DNA of 55,984 nucleotides, taken from the NCBI GenBank assembly GCA_050575255.1, contig JBNZDD010013635.1, positions 2,767,670 through 2,823,653 on the forward strand, in the 5' to 3' direction. The translations under genes and the position numbers were made by a program. The notes under the pieces were generated by a model, which was not told the origin of the DNA, ran no database searches, and worked only from the letters and a program-made list of their open reading frames with translations. Positions 22,351 to 35,439 of the stretch are shown here, piece after piece; positions within the stretch are counted from its first letter, which is position 1; every line of letters begins with the position of its first letter. This DNA is from Harriotta raleighana (lineage: Eukaryota).

Positions 22351-22950
22351 GTAAATCCATATCGCCAAAAATACTGGGTTCATGTGCTCTCTGATGCCTG
22401 CAGGTTAGCGCTTCTGTGGAAATACGGTGGCATCTACCTGGATACAGATATTATATCCCTAAAGCCTTTGCATTTCACAAACTTCATCTGCGCGGAAGGA
22501 TACATGACTGCCAATGGTGCGGCCCTCGGATTTCAGGATCACCATCAATTCACGTGGGACTCCATGGAAGACTACGTCACCAAATACAATGGACAGGCCT
22601 GGGGGCATCAAGGCCCACACCTGATCAGCCGCGTGTTGAAACGGTGGTGTCAGTCCGACAAACTTGGCGAATTTCTTGACTTGCAATGCAATGGCGTTTC
22701 GTACTTGTCACCCAGGAATTTCTATCCAATCAAATACACCGGGTGGCAGCGGTTCTTTGAGCCCTGGAGTAAGAACAATATGGAATCCTTTTTCTCGGAT
22801 ACAAAAGGGGTGCACATCTGGAACTTCAAAAACGTAGGACAACGGAAACAAGTGGTTGCAGGAAGTGGGACATTAATAGAGAATTTGTTTTTAAAGTATT
22901 GTCCGACCACCTATATGGTTCTTGTGAAAAGTAGCCGCTTTATGCAATAA
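22351..22950 (+). CDS. A4GNT: A4GNT coding exon 2 (199 codons + stop), catalytic domain
   Basis: tgcag acceptor, phase 0. SDACRLALLWKYGGIYLDTD (DXD), WGHQGP, FYPI, HIWN and CPTTY motifs. Spliced product is 339 aa with no disruption. Confidence 0.92.
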   Translation, partial: VNPYRQKYWVHVLSDACRLALLWKYGGIYLDTDIISLKPLHFTNFICAEGYMTANGAALGFQDHHQFTWDSMEDYVTKYNGQAWGHQGPHLISRVLKRWCQSDKLGEFLDLQCNGVSYLSPRNFYPIKYTGWQRFFEPWSKNNMESFFSDTKGVHIWNFKNVGQRKQVVAGSGTLIENLFLKYCPTTYMVLVKSSRFMQ

Positions 22951-22951
22951 A
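22946..22951 (+). promoter_or_regulatory. AATAAA overlapping the A4GNT stop codon (possible poly(A) signal)
   Basis: cAATAAAt, with T/G-rich sequence (tgttattg, cttgtgttgtct) ~30-70 nt downstream. Confidence 0.35.
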
Positions 22952-23062
22952 TTTTGCCCACCAGAGAGGTAAATACATGTTATTGCCGCATCAGCAACCA
23001 ACCGTAATACTCTTGTGTTGTCTGACACTGTGAAGGATGGTGACATTTGGTATACCTTATAT

Positions 23063-23170
23063 ATTAATCCTTGCATTTGATGTAGCGTTTTTTCACGTCT
23101 TCTAGATGTCTCAAAACACTTCACAGAAATATACTGTGAAGTGAATTGACTGTATATATGTGGGCGAAAT
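23063..23170 (-). mobile_element. SINE 3' fragment
   Basis: taatccttgcatttgatgtagcg..tgtgggcgaaa. Confidence 0.85.
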
Positions 23171-23605
23171 GATATATTATAAATAATTATATAGACTAAT
23201 ATAATAATATAATAACATATATAATATAGGCCTTTTCATGTTTTTGAGATATTCCGAAGAACTTCATAGGATATACTATAAAATGGTATGAAGGGGTGTA
23301 TTTTCTGGGTGAATGTAGCGGTTTATCAGCTGCTTGTGACACTTTGCTGAAAGAGCTGTTGTGTTTGCTTACAATCAATAGTCTTTAGATTCGACAGTTA
23401 TTGGGATGTATGTGGAGACAGTTCATTTTAAGGCACTTTAAAAATCTGAATTGTTGCTACAACTACAGTGATTTAGTGATATCTACCTAACATACACTGC
23501 TGAATTCAGGATAAAGGAGCTTTTGCAAGGATTTCCGCCCATTGTGAAAGGTCCAATACAAATGTAATTTACTGTGGTTGAGTTGGAAGAGACCTGGATC
23601 CTTAT

Positions 23606-23939
23606 GGAGTCCTGTAGCTCAGTGGTTAAAGCACTCGCTTTCCAAATGTGATATCAGTGTTCGATTCCAGGTAGGATGAAACCTTGAGCAAATTTCCTTA
23701 CTCTACATGCCTGATAATAATCCTTCAAAAATAAATAGATAAATAGTGAATGAATCAATATTAATAACCACCCCATTCCATGACTGTTTGTGGAACTCTG
23801 CTGTGTGTAATTGACTCCCGCGTTTAGCCCACAAATGTACAGTCAATTCACTTTACCGTGTAATCTGTGAAGCACTTTGAGACGTCTAGAAAATGTGAAA
23901 AGTGCTACATCAAAATGCAAGAATTATTATTATTATTAT
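23606..23939 (+). mobile_element. Full-length tRNA-derived SINE
   Basis: Head, core and (tta)n tail. Confidence 0.9.
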
Positions 23940-23959
23940 AAGAGGAATACCAGCTGAGA

Positions 23960-24200
23960 ACCACAATTGCGTTTATACAGCGCCTTTCATGTCAGGAGGA
24001 TTCAAGTTGGCTGGACAGTCAGGGATTTGGAACTGAACTGAGGTTTGGGATCAGGAGGGATGTAGTGTAGGGATAGAAGGATTTCCGAAGTCATGGTCAA
24101 GACTTCCCTTAAAGAAGGTAAGGGAGGGAGGGGTTGATGGAGCGGAGTTCCAAAGGGAGGAGGCAGATAGGCTGAAGGCTTGACCACCGATGGTGAGCTG
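23960..24200 (-). mobile_element. Degenerate L2 3' fragment
   Basis: tttatacagcgcctttcatgtcaggagga tail plus G-rich L2 body. Confidence 0.65.
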
Positions 24201-25137
24201 AGACATGTGACAGCTTCAGCACATTGTAACGGAGTCTAGGTGAAGAGGAGTAAGTAAGTAGATTACAACATCCTGTTCTTCTGAACAGGTTCGAGTCTTG
24301 TTTCCCTTCCTTGTTACAGACGGTTCATGATGAGATTTCATCGATAGTTAAGCTGCTCTAAGCCGCAAATTGGTTTGATACAATTTTGACGAACAGTCTG
24401 GTCACAGGACAGATGGTAAGCATTTGCGATGAAATATAATAATCTCAGGACAATTTACTACTCCACCCCCCCGCATCCCCTCACCATGATAATTAGAATG
24501 TGAGTGCAGCTGGTAAAAAAAATAAACAATGTGAACCTTGTTGCGGAGTAAACGGCTGACTGACTGTGTAATACTCATAATTAACTGAAAACTATGTTTA
24601 GTTGGGAAACGACATTTTGTGTACATTATTCATGGAGCGCCTGCAAGAAAAGCAGCTGCGATTCCACTTGGGGAATTCTGATCCTCGCATAAAGGATGGA
24701 TTAAGGTGATGTATCACTTTGTGTAATTGCTTTGGGGGTTAAAGTGCAAAAATTGTAGAGACAATGTTCCTATCTAAAACTCCTCTCGCAATTCAAGTGC
24801 TACTTTCATTCTGTTCCACTGTAATTACAGTATGTTTATGTGACACAGAAATGTTATAGAATACTCCACACTGTGTAATATGGTTCTGAGCTCTACGAGA
24901 CAGGAAAGTTTGATCCCTGCTCTGACTTGGTAAACATTGTAAGCTCCAGTGGGTAAGCAGAGGCGTGAATAGGTGATGGAAATGAATCTAGATTCCCATT
25001 CTTAATCGCTGTCCAATGATACTGGGCAGAAAATTAATACTGTATCATTGAACCATGTAAATTCACAGCACAGAATAAGGTCATTTGGCCCCTCTTGTCT
25101 GTGTTCTGCCCATCATCCCTCAAAGAGCAATCCTTTC

Positions 25138-25833
25138 AATCTCATTAAAGGTAGCAGGGCAGGTAGATAAGGCAGTAAAAAAGGCATTTGGTGTACTGAG
25201 CTTTATTAGTAGGGGCATAGAGTTTAAGAGTAGGGAAGTTATGCTTAATTTGTACAAAACACTGGTTAGGCCTCAGCTGGAGTACTGCATCCAGTTCTGG
25301 GCACCTTACTACAGGAAGGACATTAAGGCACTGGAAAGGGTGCAGAGGCGATTCACAAGAATGATTCCAGGAATGGGGAACCTTAGCTATGAGGACAGGC
25401 TGGAGAAGTTAGGACTTTTCCCATTAGAGCAGAGAAGATTATGCGGGGGACCTGATAAAGGTCTTCAAGATCATGAAAGGTTTCGACAGGCTAGATAGGG
25501 AAAAGCTGTTTCCACTGGTAGGTGTGTCTGTGACCCGAGGTCACAGACTTAAGATATCTACCCAAAAGAAGCAGACGGGAGATTAGAAGAAATGTTTTCA
25601 CTCAGAGAGTTGTTCGAATTTGGAATGATCTACCTGAAAGGGTAGCGAGGTCCGATTCGATAGCAGCTTTTAAGAGAGAACTGGATAGGTATCTGGGGAA
25701 GACGGGCTTGCAGGGTTATGGGGAGAAAGCTGGTGTTTGGGGTTAATAAAAGTGACATTGCTCTGTCAGAGAGTCAGCACAGACTCGATGGGCCGAATGG
25801 CCTCCTTCTGTGCCGGAACCTTCTATGATTCTA
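25138..25833 (+). mobile_element. CR1 LINE 3' fragment (RT C-terminus and tail), nested in an older opposite-strand CR1 tail
   Basis: LYKTLVRPQLEYCIQFWAP...LERVQRRFTRMIPG with a frameshift. Ends ttctatgattcta. Confidence 0.93.
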
Positions 25834-26029
25834 CGATTTATCTGCCTTTTCCCCATACCCTTGTAGTTTATGTTTAGGTGCCTGTGACTGAATTCGTGTC
25901 TGCATTTGTTGGTCCTAAAATTGCATTGCAAATAACTTGAAATGAATAACCAGTTCACCTGTCATCTGCAGTGGCAAAGGTAACGGGGAACATTTTAGAA
26001 GATGTTCATCTGAAGAGTGGAGAGGCTAT

Positions 26030-26770
26030 TAGATTCCAGAAGCAATTGTTTACATCTGATTAAAATGCTGGAATTTTTAGAGAAGGTAGCTGTAAACCAG
26101 AGGGTACATTTTCCATGGATTTTCAGAAGGCATTTGATAATGTTTCATCATGGAATTAGTAACCAGTTAGCAAGTAGGATTGGAAAATGAGATTAGGAAA
26201 TAGAAGATGGTGATATTAATAATACTTGAATTTGATATAGTACCTCATCACTTCCTCAGAGTGTAGTGATGGTTAAAGTTCAACAGGAGTCTGCCCAGGG
26301 TTTCTTTCCCTGCTGCTTACACTGCTTATAAATCGTTTGGCAGTGACAATTTCTGATAATATCATTGAATTGCATGATCATACCATGTTGTGTGGGCAGG
26401 TGACAAATAAGGAAGATGCACAGTACTCAAAAAAAATTGGACGAATTAAGCAGATGGCCTAATGAATGGCAGATGGATTCTAATGCAGATAAATATAAGG
26501 TAATCAAATTGGAGCAGTAAACATCAACCATGGTTTGAGTGAAAGATTACCTGTTAGCAGAGGAGGAGAAGTCAAATAATAAAGTAAAAGTGCTACTCCT
26601 CATTATCCACTGAAAAGTTTCCAGTCAACGTGAAGCATTTAACCACAATATCAATTAATATCAGGCTGGATCAGAAGCAACAAATGAATGTCTAACTGTG
26701 TGTAGATCACTGGCAAGGCTACATTTGGAATATCTTGCCCAATTCCAGACCTGTACGTTATCAGTGACTA
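26030..26770 (+). mobile_element. Ancient CR1 RT relic
   Basis: ggattttcagaaggcatttgataa (DFQKAFD) and gaatggcagatggattctaatgcagataaa (EWQM.NADK) remnants. Confidence 0.7.
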
Positions 26771-27034
26771 GAAAGAGCTGAATTTTAATCGGCAGAAAGG
26801 CAAGTTAAATAGAGAGAAAAATGTTCAATGAGTGTTAAGCTGCTGTGAGCTATAAATGATGTAAATGTAGCAAGTTTACATCTTGGAGGACATGTTCAAA
26901 TGAAGGCACCTTGAACAAGTTCAGGGAGATTATGAATATGTGCCTTAGTATTTTCAGTGTAGCAGAACAAGCAGGTTCATGTTCAGGGCTGCAAATAGCA
27001 ATTTCAGGACAGACACCAAGACTGTTAAAGTCTA

Positions 27035-27631
27035 AGGCTGTCAAAAAAGTATACAGGTCACTAGGCATAGAGTACAAAAGTCAGGAAGTTCTGACTAACC
27101 TGTATAAAACTTTGGTTAGGCTTCAGCTAATTCTGTTCAATTCTGGTCACCACACTTTAGGAAGGATGTCAAGGCATTGGAAAGGGTGCAGAGGAGATTT
27201 ATTAGGATGGTACCAGGAATGAGGGACTTTAGAGGAAAGGCTAGAGAAGCTAGGTTTATTCTCATTGGAACAGAGAAGGTTACGAGGAGACCTAATAGAG
27301 GTTTTCAAGATCATGAGGGGATTTGATAGGGTAAACTGGGGAAAACTGTTTCCACTGGTGGGTGTGTCAGTGACCTGAGGTCACAGATTTAAAATAGTTT
27401 CTGAAAGAAGCAGAGGGGAGATGAGGAGAATTTTTTTCTCTCAGCGAGTTGTTCGAATCTGGAATGCATTGGTAGTGGAGGCTGATTCGATAACAACTTT
27501 TAAAAGAGAGATAGATGTTTATTTGGGGAGGACGGGTTTGCGCGATTTTGAGGAGACAGCTGGGGAGTAGGATTGAGAAGAATCGGCACAGACTCGATGG
27601 GCCGAATGGCCTCCTTTGATTCTATGATTCT
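27035..27631 (+). mobile_element. CR1 LINE 3' fragment
   Basis: GIEYKSQEVLTNLYKTLVR. Collinear with 25138-25833. Tail gattctatgattcta. Confidence 0.92.
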
Positions 27632-28813
27632 AAAATGTATTACTTTATCCAAAGGGTATTAAATGACTGAAATGGGTTACCAGAAAGGCCTTTAAGGCCA
27701 GGATTCTGGATTCAATTAAGCAACAGCCTGGTGTTGTCATGGGAAGGAGTGAAATGTGGACACTTTAGAAGGATGAGATCAAATGGGTTAATGGACTTTT
27801 CTCATCCTTTTGTTCTCTTGTGAGTCCAATTGAAAGCAATGAGGCTTGCTGAACAAATATAAGACATTATCCTGTTGATCATAGACAAGCATTTTCTTCA
27901 GAGATCCAAGGTGATCATGTATGATGCTGATAATCCTGAATTTCTTCAGCAGCTTTTGCCAGCGCTTTCTTTCCACTTTCTCAAATGTTCTCCATAGTAT
28001 TTTCCAGATTCATAAGTTTTTTTTAACATCTGACCTGCTGCAACCTGGATATTTCAACTTCTTGGTGTCAAAAGACATTATAGATTTGCTTCGGGCAGCA
28101 CTTTGTTTCAGTTTGTCTCTGCAAAACGTTCTATGAATCCTGGATTAGAAGCTACATGATATGGGTTTCTACAATGTTCTACACTGCAAAACTAACTTTT
28201 AAGCCTGTTTGAATGATAAATGATCATTTTAAGATACATTACTAGAACTTTCCTCACTAGCTCTAGGTTCACGGAACTCCCAACTCTTGCTGTTTGGACT
28301 GAATTAACTTATCAGGTAACACTAGGAAAGATTTTAGTAAAACACATAGGAGCTTGAGAGCATAAATGAAGCCTTCTATTTGTGATTCAAATGTAGCATT
28401 ATAACTACTTTGCCAATTAAGCAAAAAATAATTGATCGATTGTTAATTGAATTATGTCCAGTCAGGTTGGAATACGGGGTGCACTAAATAAATACTGTGT
28501 ACAAATCTAATACAACAGTGAAAATAACATGCACTCTATATTTAATTGAGGTTAGAATGCCATTAGATTTAATTTACATTTGGATTCAATATAAAAGTTT
28601 AGCAAGACACAGATGGTGTGAGCTCAGTTGCAGCTTCCAGAGGAATACAAGCCTGAATTAATCAAATGATTGTACGATAAACTAAAATGAAAACAATAAA
28701 TTGATTAATGTATGGTGCTCTTTTTCAACTAAATTAGGATTATTTGATTCTCTCAGGTGTTCTTTCAGTATTAGGTTTCTCAATTGGCAATTGTGGTGTA
28801 TCAGAAATCAGTA

Positions 28814-28952
28814 AATAATAATAATAATCCTTGCATTCGATCTAGCGCTTTTCACGTCTTCCAGACGTTCTGAAAGCGCTTCACAGAATATACTGTAAAG
28901 TGAATTGCCTGTGTATTTCTGGGCAAAACGCGCCATCCAAGTGCGCACAGCT
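28814..28952 (-). mobile_element. SINE 3' fragment
   Basis: (aat)n ccttgcattcgatctagcgcttttcac.. Confidence 0.85.
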
Positions 28953-29189
28953 GTTAAAGGTCTAGAAATTAAGGACATTGTTTTAAACTTTGTGAAATTC
29001 TGAAATCCTGTCTTGATTTGGATTGTCTATTTGGGTGTTTTTTGGGTGTCTATTTGTTGTGATTGATTTCAACTTGTTTTAAACAAAATATTCAAACCTT
29101 GATACAAATCAGTTTGACAATGCCTGCTGGTTTCCACTATTTGATTTCCCACTTAGTCAGAGAAACCTTGAGTTGATCATTCTAATCCC

Positions 29190-29316
29190 GTAATATATGC
29201 TCAATTCACTTTACAGTATATTCTGTGAAGTGCTTTGAGATGTTTCAAAATAACAAATTACATTACAAAAGACAAGATAAGGAGCTATACCAAATACAAG
29301 GATTATTATTATTATA
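29190..29316 (+). mobile_element. SINE 3' fragment
   Basis: tcaattcactttacagtatattctgtgaag..ggattattattatt. Confidence 0.75.
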
Positions 29317-30109
29317 ATCCAAGTATCTGAAATATTCACAAAACTGGAGTGATTGCTTGATGCAATTTTGCTCTTAGTTTGCATGTGTGTTATATAAGAG
29401 AGTATAATGAAAGGAGTGGAAGCAGTGAGGTGAATACTGGCAAAATAGTCAAAATATTGCTTACATAAAGACAGACAATAAACATCAGTTCTCATGTATA
29501 CACTGGGATAAGAGCCCCAAAGAACTGAGAAAAATCCAAGGTGACTAATAGTTTACAAGAATTTTATTTCACATAGGAGAAAGCAGCGAAATAGTGTGAG
29601 CTGTTTTGGACAACAAGACTTAATTTCCATAATTCGGTTCACTAAGGAACATAAGGATGTAAAGTAATCCGAATAAATCATTTTTGAATATTACAATTAG
29701 GTGATATTTCAGGGAGCAGAGAGCAGACAGAAGAACATGTGGGGAGCATATGTACCATTTGTTCCTCCGTAGGATTTTAGCTGCATCAATGTTATTAAAT
29801 ATTAACCGCACATACTTTAATCACTGCTCTGTAAATGTACTACAGTACTTTGAATTGCTTTAAACAAATCCCTCATTTAATTACTGTAGGTCAAGGTAAA
29901 GCCAGTGATTGGCTGCTGCATTGCGATCTCCTCTGGAAAGACAATTTTGCCTTATTCTCCACTGAATTATGAAGTGTGGTAAAGTGGTTCAATGTTACCT
30001 AACTAACTAGTTTGTGTGGGCAAATCCATAGTAACATAGACATCTGCATAGAATACTTCCACCCTATGAGTCGTCGATCATTTCAAAATGCACCAAAGCC
30101 ATTAATCCA

Positions 30110-30340
30110 TTCAAGAGAATTTCTCCTGGTGTCCTGGTCGACAATTACTTAAGTAAAATTAGACATTGACTTCACGATTATTTGTGGGACATCGCAGTCT
30201 GCAAATAGGCTGCAGTGTTCACCAACAAATACACAATTAATACACTTTACACTGAATTCTGTGAAGTGCTTCCAGATGTATTCTGAACAAGAAAGACGCT
30301 ACACTAAATGGAAGGATTATTAGTATTGATTATTAATAAT
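30110..30340 (+). mobile_element. Old DeuSINE 3' half
   Basis: ttctcctggtgtcctggtcgac..tttgtgggacatcgcagtctgcaaataggctgc Deu motifs plus tail. Confidence 0.7.
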
Positions 30341-33300
30341 CAGTAGATCTTCGTTAGGGTGTAATGATAGTGAAGGTACAATATAATGAATGCATATTTT
30401 TTGGTGATAATTTATAATTTATGGAAAAGTTTAACCTTTTTGCAGGAAATGAGAGAATAAAGTTGGTCATTGACGTCATCAGGGTGGAGATCTGATAGCG
30501 CTCGCATTAGAATATCTTTCTCTCAACCAAGCTTGCCTGTGCATTGAGCTGTTGTTTCTAACTGCAGAGCTTGGCTAGTCAGTTCCCTGTTGAGGTATTA
30601 GATGGAATGTTTCACCACATAAAATTGGGACTCTGTTGCAGAGGATGGACATTGATGATTTGATCTGCTGCAAACACCTATGGAATTTGAACTTGCTTTG
30701 GAAATAACATTCGCTTCCAAATTACCCAGTCACAATGTTTTGTGACAGAGTATCCTGTGAAGCGTTTTGAGACGTCCTCCTGATTTGAAAGGCTCTGTAC
30801 CAAATGTAGGGATTATTATCATAAAATCTTCCAGATTTTACTCTTTGGGTCATAAGTCGCGGGTCAGCAGTTACTCCTTAAATTACATTCAGCTGCAAGT
30901 TTATCGGCGTATAATGAGCTGATGTATTTTGTTACTCAATATAATGTTAGGTGAGTGCAGGGAGGCAGGGGTACTGAAGTAGCCTCATATATTCTATTTG
31001 TCTCATGGAATGTCAGACTGATAAGTTACTGAATGGCCTCCTGTGTTGTAAATGTTCCATGATTCTATCATTGTAACACACACGGCACTCTTTGATTCCT
31101 AACTCAGGTTAAAATATTGGCTAGACTTAGTGTGACAATACTTTTAAACAGCACTATCAGAGAGCAGCATCAATTATTTACACCTAAATGAATAATAAAG
31201 GACTTTCCCTTTTGCAATTGACTCCGTAGGAAGCAGTATAACAAGGTATTTGATGATGGTAAGGATGCACCTGCTCAAATGTTTTATTTTCGAGCGAAAT
31301 CATTTTGATATATAATGTTCGTTTGAAAAGAGGAACTTACTATCCGTCACTGCTAACACCTTTCATCACCCAGTAGTGATTACATATTCTGGATTATTAG
31401 ATGCTCTTTCATTTATCAGATATCTAATTTCTCCAGATCTGGTGATATCTTTGCTTCCCAATAAACTCCTCTGGTTATAGCGAAAAGAGAAAATGCCACA
31501 GAAAATAATACTTCAATTGCTTCATTGACTTACAATAAAACAACGCCATCAAAATCTTCTTTGTTCAGCACTGCTGTTGTCATGAATCTTTGCTGATGGC
31601 TCGCTCAGTGGTAAATCCTCCCTGCGGACAAACAGATCAGGAATGCCCCAAGTGCAAAATCCTGACCTATGCTGGATGAAATAGTCTGATGAATTGTATT
31701 GGTTTGTGCCACTGGCGGAGTGTGCAAATAGCAGCAGAGAATGAGTTTGAAGGAAGACAAAAGCAGGCATGATAAACATTCTGATACTCTTCCCTTTAAC
31801 TATACCAATATCTAGAGAATGCCCACTGCTGCCATAAGACATCAAAGGAAGCCAATTGAGGACTTATTACCAAGGATCTGTTTGGTTAAAGTGCAATTAA
31901 TTTCTCCTGCTGCATGCAAATCGCCATGTATTATATCAAATTCCTTCCTGGTCTGTAGAAGGGCCAGAATTTTATGCAGATTTTGAGACTGTGGGTTTGC
32001 TATCACGATGCTCCAAAACTCTGCAACAATCTCCCTTTGTCTGGCCTCCTCCTTCCCCACCTTCTGTTGGCTTGACATCGTCCTCCGCCACTGCAGGCAG
32101 AAAATTCGGTTATATTCAATCAGGCTTTCCAATTACAGTTTGAGTGTGCACTGGATGTGTATGTCGGTGATGTGTGCACTTGTACTGTTTGTATGTTGTC
32201 TATGTGGAGAGTATGTAAATGTGGGAGGTGTGTCTATGTTGTATGAGTAGTGTGAAATAGGTGCATGTGTGTAAGTCTGATTATTTGAAAAGGTATATAT
32301 TGTACCAGCACCAACTGGTGTGTGTGTAGTAACTGCATGGCTATGTGCACATGTCTCTGTGTGTGCAAATCTGTTTAGTGTGTGCACAGAATGTTGTTAT
32401 ATTTTGTGAATATCTCTGCCTCTCTGACCTCCTTTCTCCTCAAAACAGCACCCGTTAAATTCTCTCCTCCAGTTCTGGTCTCCTCCTTGTCCCCTGAATC
32501 CTTAGTCACCTTTTTCCCCCCTGCCCCTGGCTCGGCCCCAGGACTCTGAGACGCCGCCAGCGTGGAGGGTGCTATATATGTGTGTATATATCGAAGTTGA
32601 AGTTGTTGTTGTTTACACGAAGCCTGGGTGTTACATAACAGGCATCTGTGGTCACATGCGGGCCATGAGTTGAAGAGGCTGCAAGTTTCTGATAGGTTAG
32701 ATCTGTTGCCTGGACCATTGAATTTTACCTGAATGCTAACCACCAAGCCAGTCAGGACTGATATGAAATAATTCAGGCAGTGATTAAGGGAAGTTTGCAG
32801 CCCACTACCCTGTGGAACTCATTACAGGATTAAATTGTCAGTAATTTCTTATCGGCTAAAGGTTTTATCAGTCAAGGCTAACTCTATCAAAACTAAATTA
32901 AACAAGAGACATTTGTTTTTGGAAAAGCTCCCACTAACATCTTGGCATCTCACACTTTACAATTTTTGACCTTTTATACCGTTGTTGATATTTTGCTTCC
33001 ACTTTCATCTTCAATACCCTCCCCATATCCCAGTGGGTGAAGAGTCAGATGATCTGTTCTGAGAATGTTACCATTGATGGTACATAGCTACACAACAGTG
33101 CAGGGTAACGCATAACTTAATATGCTTTTCATTTGTTTGGCTTTCTTGCTCAAAGCCTATCCGGCCATTAAGAAATGCAACATCAATTCTCTTTTCCCAG
33201 AGTTGGTTTGATATGATTTACTTACCATATTACACATTTCTCAAAATGAATGGGGCTTGATAGTCCACATGATCTTTTCATATTCCACGTTTTCTTAGAG

Positions 33301-35439
33301 ATAGGATGATCTGAAGGACAAGGCTTCAATCCAACTTGTCCCTCTCCCAGATCCTTGGAACAGTAAAATCAAATGGCTCTAACAATTTGCTAACAGCTAC
33401 AGAATATTGTGTGTTTTTTCTTGCAGTTTTAAAAAATAACATTCAGCCAGTCATAATGCTGTAGTTTTAAGCCCTGGGTTGAATTTAAGATTCCAAATGC
33501 GTATCTTATTATCTGCAAAAGGAGATTAAATTTAACAGTTCAATGAGTTTATGTTAAGTTCCCTGTGAATGTAATTGCACTATTAAAATTGTGTGCATCT
33601 CCATTCCTTCTATTTTCTCACACATTCAACAGCACTTTAAAATTGTTGCTTTTAGTTCCATGTATTCCTATAGACATGATTATGCTTTATAAGTTACTGC
33701 AAAAAGAGAGAAATGAAGCAATAGGAGTCTGTATGTTAAATTCATAATTTTTAAGCACTGCCAGATCACAAAGTGCTATTTCATTCTGATCCCACCATAT
33801 CCAACCTCACAGCTTTGGAGTGCTTTATCCTACATGAAAGACACTATGTATCGTGCTTGATCTCTAACCTGAATAGAGCACCCTCTATTTCATCAGTGTA
33901 ATATTCGCACACATAAACTGGTCGAGACTACCAATTCAGTGCCAAATCATTCTGAAATATAGGCAACTCTGGCTGTGTATTCATACCCACTGGATTGGGA
34001 CTAACCAGAGTTACTTAAAATGTGACCCTCATAAGTCTCAGAGAGAAATTGAATACTTTAATCAATCTCTTCTGGATTCAAGTCCAATATGCAGAGGTGA
34101 ATAGACAATGATCTCTCTCATTGCGTCATGCGTTCCCTTGAATAAATTACATAAACCCTGTAGAACAAAGTATCTTTGAGGGTCACATTGACTTCCAAGC
34201 TCTATTCTACAATCATCTTTCATCTGTACTTTGAAAACCTCAGAGAAGCTATTTGTATTCAACTACAGCAGCAAAGTAACCCAATTTAACGGATTATGTC
34301 TGTGCAAAAATTGATGGATTTCACATGAAAATTGCGATGAGTAATGGATGTCAGCAAAAAAAAAATTACCAAATGCCAGCATAATGCTTTAAACAAAGGT
34401 CAATGTAGGACAATGACTACATGTTTTTGCATTTGGAATTTTAGCATTTTTTTAATGTCACATCTCAAATATGCTTAATTGTGAGTAATGGAGTGAAATT
34501 AAATAAATTACCAAAAGGCAAGGAAGAGTTCAAAGATTGAAGTGGACTGTTCTTATTTGTCATGTTCTGTTCTTTTTGCTCTTCATGATGTGACATTGTT
34601 TGAAATAGGAAACTATAAAAAAGGATTTCCATCTTTATCAATTCTCAAAAATGAACTGTAAAAGTGTTATAATTTGTACAGTTTTCTCATACAGCATTGG
34701 AGATGCAATGGGCAAAATTCTGTCTTAGTTATCTGCTAATAGCACTGAATAACAGCTAATGTACATTTGGTAGAAACCCAAATAATGAGAACAGTTCTGG
34801 CTTTTGACTGCAGGGGGATGTCTTGGCAAGCAAGTTATCATCTCCACTGCTTCATCAAGAATTCAGCAAGCCCACACCAAAAATATCATGTTTTCCCTTA
34901 AACAAAAAAGGATTACATTAGATAATGGAGAATATGAGGTCCAAATTATATTCCCTTCATGTTCTTTCTTGATATGACTGTGTCCTTCACTTTGCAATTT
35001 AAAAAAAATTATTTTGGCACAAGATATAAATACTGTACATTAATTGAGAGTCTTTTACGTTAGACAGGACTGGGTGGGCGAACACTTTAGCAGATATAAA
35101 TAACCAGAGGCTTGTGGATAAACTAGAGCAGAGGTCTTCAACTGGTTGATTATGATTGATTAGCAGATAGCAATCGGTTGTTTGAAGTGGCAAGATGTGG
35201 TCCACCAAACAAAACAGTCAAACAGCCTTACCAGTCCTGGTCAGTCAACTCAGTACCTTGGTTCCAGTGGCTCCCAAGCTGTAACACCCAAGGCACTGCC
35301 AATAAACAAAGACAAGTTCAATGAAGACAAATGTATTTGGTTGGCCGAGCAAAAAGATTGGCGAGCACTGAACTAGAAGATGTTGGAGATGGAGTTCAGA
35401 GGGAGAGCTGAAAAGGAAACAACATTATGGTAAAATAGG

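Noticed and set aside
20556-22950. A4GALT (Gb3 synthase)
   Set aside because: A4GALT has a single coding exon. The intron after SWYQQ, the short stem and the length fit A4GNT.
24327-24360. C/D box snoRNA (ATGATGA)
   Set aside because: No suitably placed CTGA D box or terminal stem.
25085-25498. 137-aa ORF as a host gene
   Set aside because: It is a frameshifted CR1 reverse-transcriptase C-terminal fragment.
27788-28136. Short ORFs / possible - strand exon
   Set aside because: Stops interrupt the frame and there is no recognisable homology.
31549-32132. Adjacent - strand ORFs (98 and 96 aa) with an acceptor-like site near 32092
   Set aside because: No recognisable domain and no partner exons found. 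It cannot be excluded as a lncRNA exon.
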